This document shows, in pieces, positions 56,308 through 64,000 of a stretch of DNA of 64,000 bases (its first letter is position 1; each line of letters starts with the position of its first letter). The notes under the pieces were generated by a model. The model saw nothing but the letters and a program-made list of their open reading frames with translations, was not told the origin of the DNA and made no database searches. The DNA is from an uncultured virus (IMG/VR IMGVR_UViG_3300027581_000001) (taxonomy: Duplodnaviria; Heunggongvirae; Uroviricota; Caudoviricetes; Kyanoviridae). Position numbers and translations under genes: made by a program. The stretch lies in the IMG/VR virus record IMGVR_UViG_3300027581_000001; one strand, written 5' to 3'.

Positions 56308-56781
56308 TTATAAGTCTCCTTCTACACGATTTTCACTTCGGAACACATCAAAAGTCCCTTCTGGATACCTTGATGATAGTTTCTCAAAGTTCATTTGTAA
56401 GACTTCCTCAAAGTTAGTATCAAGTGCCATACAGGCTTGAGCAATATACCAACAGATATCACCGAGTTCTCTCTTTAAGTGAAATACATTTTCTTCATTA
56501 TAAGGTTTTCCCTGAAGAATAATCTTCTTTACAACTTCGGTGAACTCACCTGCCTCGGCACTCATACCAAATGCGGCAGTCATAAGACGAGGAATGTCAG
56601 CATCATTCTGAACTTCAAGTTCGGTCATACGGGCAAGAAGTGCTGCGAAATCACTACTTGCAGGACTTGTGGTCTCACGGACGAATTCAATATATTTTTT
56701 TGTATCTATAATATTATTTTCAGTCATAGTATACTCGGTGCTTCCATCAGAGATGTTTTCTTTTTTAATTGAAATAGTCAT
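56308..56781 (-). CDS. mazG: MazG-family pyrophosphatase
   Basis: AEAGEFTEVVKK..RELGDICWY..KL..RYP. Confidence 0.92.
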   Translation of the reverse strand: MTISIKKENISDGSTEYTMTENNIIDTKKYIEFVRETTSPASSDFAALLARMTELEVQNDADIPRLMTAAFGMSAEAGEFTEVVKKIILQGKPYNEENVFHLKRELGDICWYIAQACMALDTNFEEVLQMNFEKLSSRYPEGTFDVFRSENRVEGDL

Positions 56782-57005
56782 ACAATAAAAGGTTCTAGAT
56801 CACATTGGTTTAGGATTTTTTGTTCAGAAAGTCTTAAATCATCTGGCAACTTAATGTAAGGAACATTAACAGTCTGTGGATTTATATGTTTCATTTGACG
56901 ATATGTTCTGGTGTTATCAAATTCAACAAGCATTATTGCATCTTTAATATTATTACAATCAACGATTTTTTTACCGTCTCTATCAAATACTGAATAATAA
57001 ATCAA
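56778..57005 (-). CDS. Hypothetical protein
   Basis: Coupled 75-aa ORF. Confidence 0.6.
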   Translation of the reverse strand: MIYYSVFDRDGKKIVDCNNIKDAIMLVEFDNTRTYRQMKHINPQTVNVPYIKLPDDLRLSEQKILNQCDLEPFIV

Positions 57006-58375
57006 AACTTAAATCCCTCAAATGATTTTTTAGGTTTCTTTTCTTCATTATCATACTCCTCTTCTTTACCATTGTCAAGTATGTCGTTTTGAGCACTCTG
57101 CTCTACATCATAAAGTCTCATCTTCGCACGATCAATACCAACCACAAATCTCTTATGAATGGTGGGATCATTGTATCGGTTCTTAAGTTGCTTGACTAAT
57201 ATCTGTCCAAGATTCTCAAGTTCTTCTGTAGATATGAGAGCAAACATTAAATCAGCAGTTGCAGGAAGACCGAAAGATTCTGAAGTATCGGTTAGTTCTA
57301 CATCAGAAGAACCAAAACCACTTCTTGTAGTTTGTGTCGCACTCATAATAGGAACATTAAACTCTACAGCAAGACCACGAAGTTCTTCTGCAATAGACTT
57401 AACAAGTGTATAAGAGTTGATATTACTTCCACCTTTAAATCTTGAGGAAGCACAAATGTTCAAGTAATCAATAAAGATGATATCAGGTTTAAAAGATTTC
57501 TTAAGTGCAAGTTCAGTAATCAATCCCTTAAAGTGCCCAGAGTGTGCAGATGCAGTTGGATACTCTTTAATGATTAAAGTTCCTTGAGTTTTCTTAGCAA
57601 TATTATTAACCTTATTTTCAAATATGTTCTTAGGAAGTTCTATAATATCTTGAATAGGAACATTTAGAAGGTTAGCATCAATTCTTTCAGCAATTCGTTC
57701 TTCTGCCATCTCAAGAGTGATGTAAAGAACATTTCTACCTTGAAGAAGAACAGAAGATGCTACATGGCACATAAACAAACTTTTGCCAACACCAGTACCA
57801 GCAAGAGCAATATTAAGAGTCTTGTTAGGCAATCCACCTTTGGTGATTTTGTTAAAGTATTCTAGGTCAAACTCAATCTTCTCTTCCTTTCGGTGATAAG
57901 ATTCATATCGTTTTTCATAGTCTTGTAGGTAATCGTGACCAACGTGATTATCAAAACTTACTGCAAGGGCATCAGAAAGTATTGATGGAATTGAGTCACG
58001 ATTTTTCTTGTCATCACCATCAGCAATGTGAATAGACTCTACAAGTGCAAGATAGATTGCTCTATCACGACACCATTTTTCTGTGGTATCAACAACCCAA
58101 TCCTTTTCTACAGGAACATCATCAAGACAAGAAACAATCTTTGAAGTTTGCTTAAAGGTCTCTTCGTTTAGATCGTTTCTTTTTCCCAGTTCAATATAAA
58201 GTACTTCTTTAGTGGCAAGTTTATTATACTCTGTAATGAATGAATATATTTCTTCAAATATAATCTTTTGATTCGAATCTTCAAAGTATTCTGCTTTGAT
58301 AAATGGTAAGACTTTTCTTGTGTATTCCTCATTGTAAAGTAGGTTTCTTAAAATTAAGAACTCAATTTTTTCCAT
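57002..58375 (-). CDS. gp41: Replicative helicase gp41
   Basis: AGTGVGKS, IDYLNI, SESFGLPATAD, KQLKNRY. Confidence 0.97.
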   Translation of the reverse strand: MEKIEFLILRNLLYNEEYTRKVLPFIKAEYFEDSNQKIIFEEIYSFITEYNKLATKEVLYIELGKRNDLNEETFKQTSKIVSCLDDVPVEKDWVVDTTEKWCRDRAIYLALVESIHIADGDDKKNRDSIPSILSDALAVSFDNHVGHDYLQDYEKRYESYHRKEEKIEFDLEYFNKITKGGLPNKTLNIALAGTGVGKSLFMCHVASSVLLQGRNVLYITLEMAEERIAERIDANLLNVPIQDIIELPKNIFENKVNNIAKKTQGTLIIKEYPTASAHSGHFKGLITELALKKSFKPDIIFIDYLNICASSRFKGGSNINSYTLVKSIAEELRGLAVEFNVPIMSATQTTRSGFGSSDVELTDTSESFGLPATADLMFALISTEELENLGQILVKQLKNRYNDPTIHKRFVVGIDRAKMRLYDVEQSAQNDILDNGKEEEYDNEEKKPKKSFEGFKF

Positions 58376-58938
58376 TAAATTAGTTTATGGTGAGGATTAT
58401 CTGGGGAATGTAAAATATCAAATACGAATGTTATTCTTGTTTCATCAGCAATATTTACTGTTCCGTGTGGTAACTTATTATTAAACCAAAGAAGAGTTCC
58501 TGGTTCAACAATTACAGTATCAGTTCCACAAAAGTATTGATATCTTCCCGATATTGAAAGATGATATCTGTCTCTTGTTACGTAATAAGTTCCTTTATCA
58601 ATATGTGCTCCTACAATCTCATCAATTGGTAAGGACAAAAATCCACAACGTTGTAGTTCTTTACTTCCAAACTCTTTACGAATAATCTTTCGTATTTCGT
58701 TATGATGTTCATATGCAGGAGTTTTGATATTGATTTCAGAATCTCCAACAAAATCTTCTTTCTTCTTAACTGCACCTATTATAAGTTGTAATGCACTCGT
58801 TGGCAAATCTGCAAATCCCCTATCAACTAGAGAATGAGAGTTTTCCAGATGTTTCTGGTGATCCCAATCTTGAGGATATTTTTTTAATTGCTCAGTAACT
58901 TTAGCAACATTAATTTTAGTTTTTAATACTTTGATCAT
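58375..58938 (-). CDS. 2OG-Fe(II) oxygenase (Asp/Asn beta-hydroxylase-like)
   Basis: HIDKG (HxD), RYHL, WFNNKLPH, R.TFVFD. Confidence 0.85.
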   Translation of the reverse strand: MIKVLKTKINVAKVTEQLKKYPQDWDHQKHLENSHSLVDRGFADLPTSALQLIIGAVKKKEDFVGDSEINIKTPAYEHHNEIRKIIRKEFGSKELQRCGFLSLPIDEIVGAHIDKGTYYVTRDRYHLSISGRYQYFCGTDTVIVEPGTLLWFNNKLPHGTVNIADETRITFVFDILHSPDNPHHKLI

Positions 58939-59939
58939 GACCCATAACTAAACTCCTGACCAGCAATTTCATCAAGTTTTTGCATCACCTCTTCAGTGAA
59001 ATACTTTTCAGGATCTTTTAGTATGTCCTTACCATAGATTTTTTTACCATTCATTTCATAACGTCCTGCTACATTTTTCCACAATCCACCAATCTCACCA
59101 AGTTCCAAAAGACCATAGTAACGATCAAGTCCTCGTTCATCATAATACAAACGGATAGTAACTTCTTTGTTCTCCTTACTTATACGCGACTTGTGAGTCT
59201 TAGCTTTGATAAGATTTCCAATAACTTCTGTTCCATCTTTTTCTTTCTTTTTGCTGAGATAGATGATCGAAGATGCTGCATATTTGAGTCCAGAACCTCC
59301 CCCCATTTCCTTCGTTGGTACATAAGCTCCGATGACATCGTATGTATGATTTGTGACAATGAGTGGAACATTTGCCTGCCCTAGTTTAAGAGTTAACATT
59401 CGAAATGTTCCTTTGATAAGTTGGGATTTAGTCATGTCCCGAACTTCCTTATCATTTAGAACATCATTAATTTCTTTAGTTGTGGATAACATACCCAAAG
59501 AGTCTAATACAAACATACAAGGTTTGCGTTCTTCTACTGGGGATTTAGAATATATATCAATTGCTTTAAGTGCCTTATTACGAAAATCTTCAATCGTAAC
59601 AACATTAACAACTACAAAACGAGTTAAATCAACACCACGACTCTCTAAGAGTGGTTTATTGACAGCTGCTTCAGTATCAAAATACAAACAGTATCCATCA
59701 GGATGACTATCAAGAAAATTCTTAACGACGGCAAGACTGAAGAAAGTTTTTCCAGTAGAAGTTTCCCCTGCAATTGCAGTAATCTTGTTACCAGAAACAC
59801 CACCAAAGATGCTACCAGATACAAGAGCGTTAAAAATGTAGCTGCCAGTATCCACATATGTTTCAGTTTCGTCAATATCACATGCAAGTTTTGTGAATTC
59901 ATCTCCAATCTCTTTTACTATATCTTTCAAAAAATCCAT
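58935..59939 (-). CDS. uvsX: RecA-like recombinase UvsX
   Basis: GETSTGKT, FDTE, LDSLG, MGGGSG. Confidence 0.95.
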   Translation of the reverse strand: MDFLKDIVKEIGDEFTKLACDIDETETYVDTGSYIFNALVSGSIFGGVSGNKITAIAGETSTGKTFFSLAVVKNFLDSHPDGYCLYFDTEAAVNKPLLESRGVDLTRFVVVNVVTIEDFRNKALKAIDIYSKSPVEERKPCMFVLDSLGMLSTTKEINDVLNDKEVRDMTKSQLIKGTFRMLTLKLGQANVPLIVTNHTYDVIGAYVPTKEMGGGSGLKYAASSIIYLSKKKEKDGTEVIGNLIKAKTHKSRISKENKEVTIRLYYDERGLDRYYGLLELGEIGGLWKNVAGRYEMNGKKIYGKDILKDPEKYFTEEVMQKLDEIAGQEFSYGS

Positions 59940-59942
59940 GAT

Positions 59943-60083
59943 TTACTTACTCTCTTCAACGTAAACATAATTGCGGTGTTTTGCTTTATAAGACTCAACT
60001 TGTTCCTGTGTCTTAAAGAATACAGAAAGAGTTGTATCGGGATGCTCCCTAAAATAATACTTAACTCTGATTAGATTTTTCAT
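59943..60083 (-). CDS. Hypothetical protein (46 aa)
   Basis: Hand-translated MKNLIRVKYYFREHPDTT...; coupled to the upstream stop. Confidence 0.5.
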   Translation of the reverse strand: MKNLIRVKYYFREHPDTTLSVFFKTQEQVESYKAKHRNYVYVEESK

Positions 60084-60253
60084 TAGATTGTCATCCCATA
60101 TTGTTCACGTAAAGTTTTTTTGTAAGGTCCATCAGGAACAGAATTCCGAACCTGTCTGACTGTATTCATTTTTTGATAAAGAGCAACGTCTCCACCAAGT
60201 CTTAGACAACTTACGATTGTTGCAAGTTCTTTATCGTTAATAGGTAAATCCAT
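60083..60253 (-). CDS. Hypothetical protein (56 aa)
   Basis: Hand-translated MDLPINDKEL..LGGDVALYQK; TAATG overlap with the gp43 stop. Confidence 0.6.
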   Translation of the reverse strand: MDLPINDKELATIVSCLRLGGDVALYQKMNTVRQVRNSVPDGPYKKTLREQYGMTI

Positions 60254-62754
60254 TAGGAAAAAAATAACTCCAGATTAATAGTCTTTTCAATATTCCACCC
60301 AATTGAATCAAGAATAATTTTGAGTGGTTCTAAAAATGCCTTCTCAAATTGTAGTTCATAGTCTATGTATTTGTCAAGGTTTAACTCCTTAGGAAATTCT
60401 TGAATAAATGAAATAATATTCTCGTGAATTATATTTGGTTTCTTTAGATAAACAAACTTAATTTTTTCACCGTTTTGTATAAGTGAATATTTGTTGGTTA
60501 GTTTTGCCTCTTTTATGTAATGATTAAACAACAGTGCTCCACGAACATGAATTGGTGTTCCCTTGGAATAAATTGTAGAAGAAGACTTGTATTTGTTCAC
60601 ATCAGACGCAGAACGAGGGAATGAGATTTGTTCTGGAGGAAGTTGTCTAAACTCTTTGCGAGCATTGTCAATAAAGGCAATTACATCTTCTTCCGTTCCA
60701 TTCATCATTAACTTAAGAGCATCCTTGATCATTTTGCGGCAAGGAGCAGGTGTGGAGGATTTAACTGCCTCAATACCCATCATTTTCAGTTTAGGTTCTT
60801 CATAACGGACACCTTCACTATCCCATACATTGAGAATATAACGTTTCTTTGCAGTCCAGATCCCACGATCAGCGATGTTCTCTCGCTTCATTTGCATCTT
60901 CTGATCATATGCATTCATGTATTCCGCCAACTCTTTGTAGCAACTTTCAATATACTTTTCAAGTTCCATCCGACAGATCTTATCAAGGAAAGAAACAACG
61001 CCCTCAGTAGTTTTCTCTCTTCCTTTGTATACAGTTTCAACCAAAGGACCCATATGCAAATAAATGGAGTCAGTGTCAGAAGCAATAACATAATCAACAT
61101 CTTGTGTTTTTAGAAGTTTATTGAGATAAATATTCATCTTACTCTCAATCCAACGAATCGCGACCTGCCCAGAAAGAGTGATTGCCTCTGCGTTTGCTAG
61201 TTTGTAATAACGGAAATACTGATTGCCGATAGCGCCATAAGCAGAGTTAAGAGAAATCTTCTTTGCCATTTGGATGTTATTACACCTGGCAATTTCCTTT
61301 TCCAAATTTTTTGTTTTTGTTTTCTCATACTGCTTCTTTGCAACAATCATCTTATCCTTGAATATAACACGGTCGTTATACATCTTCTCCATTAACTCAG
61401 GAAGAAATCCACGAACATCCTTACGAAACATAGCACCATTAGGACAGACCGCATAATCCTTATACATCTCAAAAGTAAGTTCTTGATTCAGAATCTTATC
61501 TACGGTTACAGTAGGGTGTCTTTCATCAACAAGAGTTTCTGGGCTCACATTAAACTGCATAATCAAGTGTGGGTATAGACTATTCAAGTCAAAATTAACG
61601 ACCCAATCATACTTACCAGGAATAGGTTCTTTTACATAAGCACCAGCATACTTTTCATCTTTCTGGGATCTGTTTTTAGGAGGAATTACAACATTTCTTT
61701 TCTTAAGGTAATTGTAGATAATCGTGTCCCAAACACGAACTTGATAGAATACATCAGCATAATTTACCTTTGCGTCATATGCCATCGTAAGAGCAAGTTC
61801 AATCAACTTCATCTTGTCTTCCAGACGATCAACAAGTTCTACGTCAACGATGTTGTACTCAATAAACTTTTGCCAACCTTTAGTATAAAAATCTTTAAAG
61901 GTATTAAACTCTGAGTGATCCAGTTTCTTCTGTCCGAGTTCAACCTCAGCAATATAATCCAGACGATAAGATTCCTGTGCCTTATAAGTGAACTTCTTAT
62001 ATAACTCAAGGTAATCCAACTGAGTCAAACCACCGACATCAAATGTAGTATGCTTACGACCAGTAATGTAAAGTTCTTTCTCAGTAACCAATCCCCAATT
62101 AGAGAATCTTTTCATTAACTTTTCACCAAGAACACGATTTAATCGTTTGCAGATGTATGGGATATCATAAAGTTGAATATTCCATCCTGTGACTACATCA
62201 GGAACATCAGTCATCCAATAGTTAATAAAATGATTGAGAAGTTCATATTCACTCGGACAATGATGATAAGTTACATCAGCACGAATATTGTTAAATGGTT
62301 TAACTCCCCAAGTAATAATCTTTTTAGTTGTATAATCCTGAATAGAGATTGCAAGAATTTCTTCAATACAAGATTCTACGTCAGGAAATCCAGACTCGGA
62401 CCCAACCTCAATGTCCAAAGTTACAAGTTTGATTTTTCTGATATCAAACTTAATCTCATCTTCAGGATACTTCTCTGAAATATATTGATAAACATACCGA
62501 TCATTCCCGTAGATATCAAACCCATCTACATTCTCATACTTTTTATAAAACTCACGACAATCTCGAACTGTTCCTGGTCTTATTGGTTCTACATTTTCAC
62601 CACTTAAGTTTTTATACTTTGATTCCTTTTTACTATTTACATATAGTGTTGGAAAAAACTCATCTCTGTTTTCAAATCTTTTACCATTCTCTACACCACG
62701 AATCAGAAACTGATTCCCTATCAATTGAACATTAGTATAAAAGGTTTGACTCAT
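60253..62754 (-). CDS. gp43: Family B DNA polymerase gp43
   Basis: DIE exonuclease motif, FDLNSLYPH, KISLNSAYG, SDTDS, KKRY. Confidence 0.98.
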   Translation of the reverse strand: MSQTFYTNVQLIGNQFLIRGVENGKRFENRDEFFPTLYVNSKKESKYKNLSGENVEPIRPGTVRDCREFYKKYENVDGFDIYGNDRYVYQYISEKYPEDEIKFDIRKIKLVTLDIEVGSESGFPDVESCIEEILAISIQDYTTKKIITWGVKPFNNIRADVTYHHCPSEYELLNHFINYWMTDVPDVVTGWNIQLYDIPYICKRLNRVLGEKLMKRFSNWGLVTEKELYITGRKHTTFDVGGLTQLDYLELYKKFTYKAQESYRLDYIAEVELGQKKLDHSEFNTFKDFYTKGWQKFIEYNIVDVELVDRLEDKMKLIELALTMAYDAKVNYADVFYQVRVWDTIIYNYLKKRNVVIPPKNRSQKDEKYAGAYVKEPIPGKYDWVVNFDLNSLYPHLIMQFNVSPETLVDERHPTVTVDKILNQELTFEMYKDYAVCPNGAMFRKDVRGFLPELMEKMYNDRVIFKDKMIVAKKQYEKTKTKNLEKEIARCNNIQMAKKISLNSAYGAIGNQYFRYYKLANAEAITLSGQVAIRWIESKMNIYLNKLLKTQDVDYVIASDTDSIYLHMGPLVETVYKGREKTTEGVVSFLDKICRMELEKYIESCYKELAEYMNAYDQKMQMKRENIADRGIWTAKKRYILNVWDSEGVRYEEPKLKMMGIEAVKSSTPAPCRKMIKDALKLMMNGTEEDVIAFIDNARKEFRQLPPEQISFPRSASDVNKYKSSSTIYSKGTPIHVRGALLFNHYIKEAKLTNKYSLIQNGEKIKFVYLKKPNIIHENIISFIQEFPKELNLDKYIDYELQFEKAFLEPLKIILDSIGWNIEKTINLELFFS

Positions 62755-63011
62755 TCTTTGGTAAGGTCCTGGTATTTTTCAAGAAGTGTTGGCGTGGGAT
62801 TTACAAGTGTTAGAATTTTTTCAGAACTCATCATACAAGTATCCTCTTTTGTGTATCCAATTAAAAATGGTTCTAAAGTTTGATCTTTGGAGACTACAAA
62901 TGGTTTTACTAACTTACAATCTGGTTCTCCAATATCGGCACCAACCTCCTCAATCTGTGAGACCAATATCTGGTTGTTCGTCAGAACTAACACTTTGATT
63001 ATCTTTTCCAT
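62751..63011 (-). CDS. Conserved hypothetical protein
   Basis: IGEPDCKLVKPF. Confidence 0.7.
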   Translation of the reverse strand: MEKIIKVLVLTNNQILVSQIEEVGADIGEPDCKLVKPFVVSKDQTLEPFLIGYTKEDTCMMSSEKILTLVNPTPTLLEKYQDLTKE

Positions 63012-63333
63012 AGTTTACAACATCATCAATGTACATTTGTTTTAATTTTTGTGTTGGAGTTACAATCGTAACAACCCAATCAGCAGGAACAGGTATTTCT
63101 TCATCAGTAGTCAAAGGCATCCAAGGATGAAGTTGAACTTGATATCCCACTTTTTGAGGACCTTTATCTTTATTCTCTTCTGTGACAAGATTTGGAGATT
63201 GCATCTTTACAATACAAGGTCGGTTTAAATAATATCCAACGACTCGTTTTTCCTCATCTTCTCCAAAAACCATTTCCTTAATATCTGAAATTAAGTCTTC
63301 TCCTGACTTAAGAAGCATCAGTTTAATCGTCAT
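62950..63333 (-). CDS. Conserved hypothetical protein (Sm-like fold candidate)
   Basis: MTIKLMLLKSGEDLI..PWMPL..DWVVTIV. Confidence 0.7.
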   Translation of the reverse strand: MTIKLMLLKSGEDLISDIKEMVFGEDEEKRVVGYYLNRPCIVKMQSPNLVTEENKDKGPQKVGYQVQLHPWMPLTTDEEIPVPADWVVTIVTPTQKLKQMYIDDVVNYGKDNQSVSSDEQPDIGLTD

Positions 63334-63364
63334 AGTTCTCCCATACCTCAGTGAATTATAGCAC

Positions 63365-63407
63365 AAAAAAAGGGGAGGTGCAACTGGATTTTACCAGTTA
63401 CCTCCCT
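63365..63407 (-). terminator. Terminator after hsp20
   Basis: GGGAGGTAACTGG/CCAGTTGCACCTCCC hairpin followed by a T-run. Confidence 0.7.
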
Positions 63408-63436
63408 GCAGCAACGATAGTTTAGCTCATTGTTAT

Positions 63437-63871
63437 TTAGAGATAATCTTTTCTCTTATGTGATTCTGGAACGATTCTTCCCAAAATTACTGTAAGTAAT
63501 CCGTCTTCAAAATTTACAGAAGAGACTTCTGTATCATCAGCAAGAGTCCAGGTTCTGGTAAAACTTCTTTGTGCTAAACCTTTATGTAAATAATTTGTGT
63601 CAGTTTCTTTATCTTCTTTTTGACCTTCAATAAAAAGTTTTCCATCTTGTGTATAAACAAGAACTTCTTTTTTAGAAAATCCAGCAAGTGCGAGTTCTAA
63701 CCTTGACTCTACACTACTGATTTGAACTAGATTATATGGAGGATAATTTGAAGTTGTTTCGTGAAGGTTAAATAGACGATCAAAATATTCGTCCATTCCA
63801 ATACTATTACGAGTAATCCTATCCATCAGGGCAGGAAGGTCAGCAGATGTGTACCTAGAAAGATTAGTCAT
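63437..63871 (-). CDS. hsp20: Small heat-shock protein (Hsp20/IbpA family)
   Basis: NYPPYNL, ALAGF, HKGLAQRSF, DGLL. Confidence 0.95.
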   Translation of the reverse strand: MTNLSRYTSADLPALMDRITRNSIGMDEYFDRLFNLHETTSNYPPYNLVQISSVESRLELALAGFSKKEVLVYTQDGKLFIEGQKEDKETDTNYLHKGLAQRSFTRTWTLADDTEVSSVNFEDGLLTVILGRIVPESHKRKDYL

Positions 63872-63926
63872 GTTTTGCTCCTTAGAAAGCGAGATTTGAT
63901 AGTGCGAACCCTTACGGCATTCACAA
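63872..63926 (-). promoter_or_regulatory. ROSE-like RNA thermometer candidate in the hsp20 5' UTR
   Basis: GUAA-capped 5' hairpin, then CUCGCU pairing with AGGAG SD with a bulged G; TATAAT at 63932-63937. Confidence 0.55.
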
Positions 63927-64000
63927 TACTAATTATAACAGAAAGCATAAAAAAGGGAGTGTGGAACTCCCTACTTTATTATTCGGTTTCTGCTGCTTTT

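Noticed and set aside
44440..62754. Inteins or introns in nrdA, nrdB, gp41 or gp43
   Set aside because: Lengths are normal and motifs contiguous; the apparent nrdB N-terminal extension is just an upstream alternative start.
1..64000. CRISPR array or IS element
   Set aside because: No regularly spaced repeat-spacer units, transposase or terminal inverted repeats seen; repeats found are two-copy tandem duplications or paralogs.

Overview
AT-rich 64-kb segment of a T4-like cyanomyovirus (Kyanoviridae-type). A Synechococcus/Cyanobium-type host is inferred from the 360-aa D1 with the long C-terminus plus psbD. Gene order: tail/baseplate genes (two tape-measure-like proteins, gp51, gp26, gp54-like, gp4, gp2-like, gp48, gp53); gp32/gp59/gp33/exonuclease/phoH/thyX; auxiliary genes (LpxH-like, speD, glutaredoxin, HNH, psbD, psbA); an accessory region of about 24 kb; then nrdB/nrdA/primase, putative internal head proteins, nucleotidyltransferase, mazG, gp41, uvsX, gp43 and hsp20. 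The accessory region holds three tandem SGNH-like paralogs with a carbamoyltransferase, cell-wall hydrolases, hli, an SLH/beta-barrel protein, a 12-gene glycosylation island containing nadE, four tRNAs, a lysozyme and two sulfotransferases. Top observations: (1) a complete dnaX-style -1 frameshift signal (internal SD-like purine run, A_AAA_AAG, 3' hairpin) that would fuse a C39-like peptidase to a glucosaminidase; (2) a ROSE-like thermometer on hsp20; (3) an unnamed structured RNA in the lysozyme leader; (4) a carbamoyltransferase/small DPFIY protein/mosaic SGNH array; (5) a GDP-sugar glycosylation island with nadE; (6) two frameshifting tandem duplications (35 and 76 bp). All calls are from reading motifs by eye; no searches were run.
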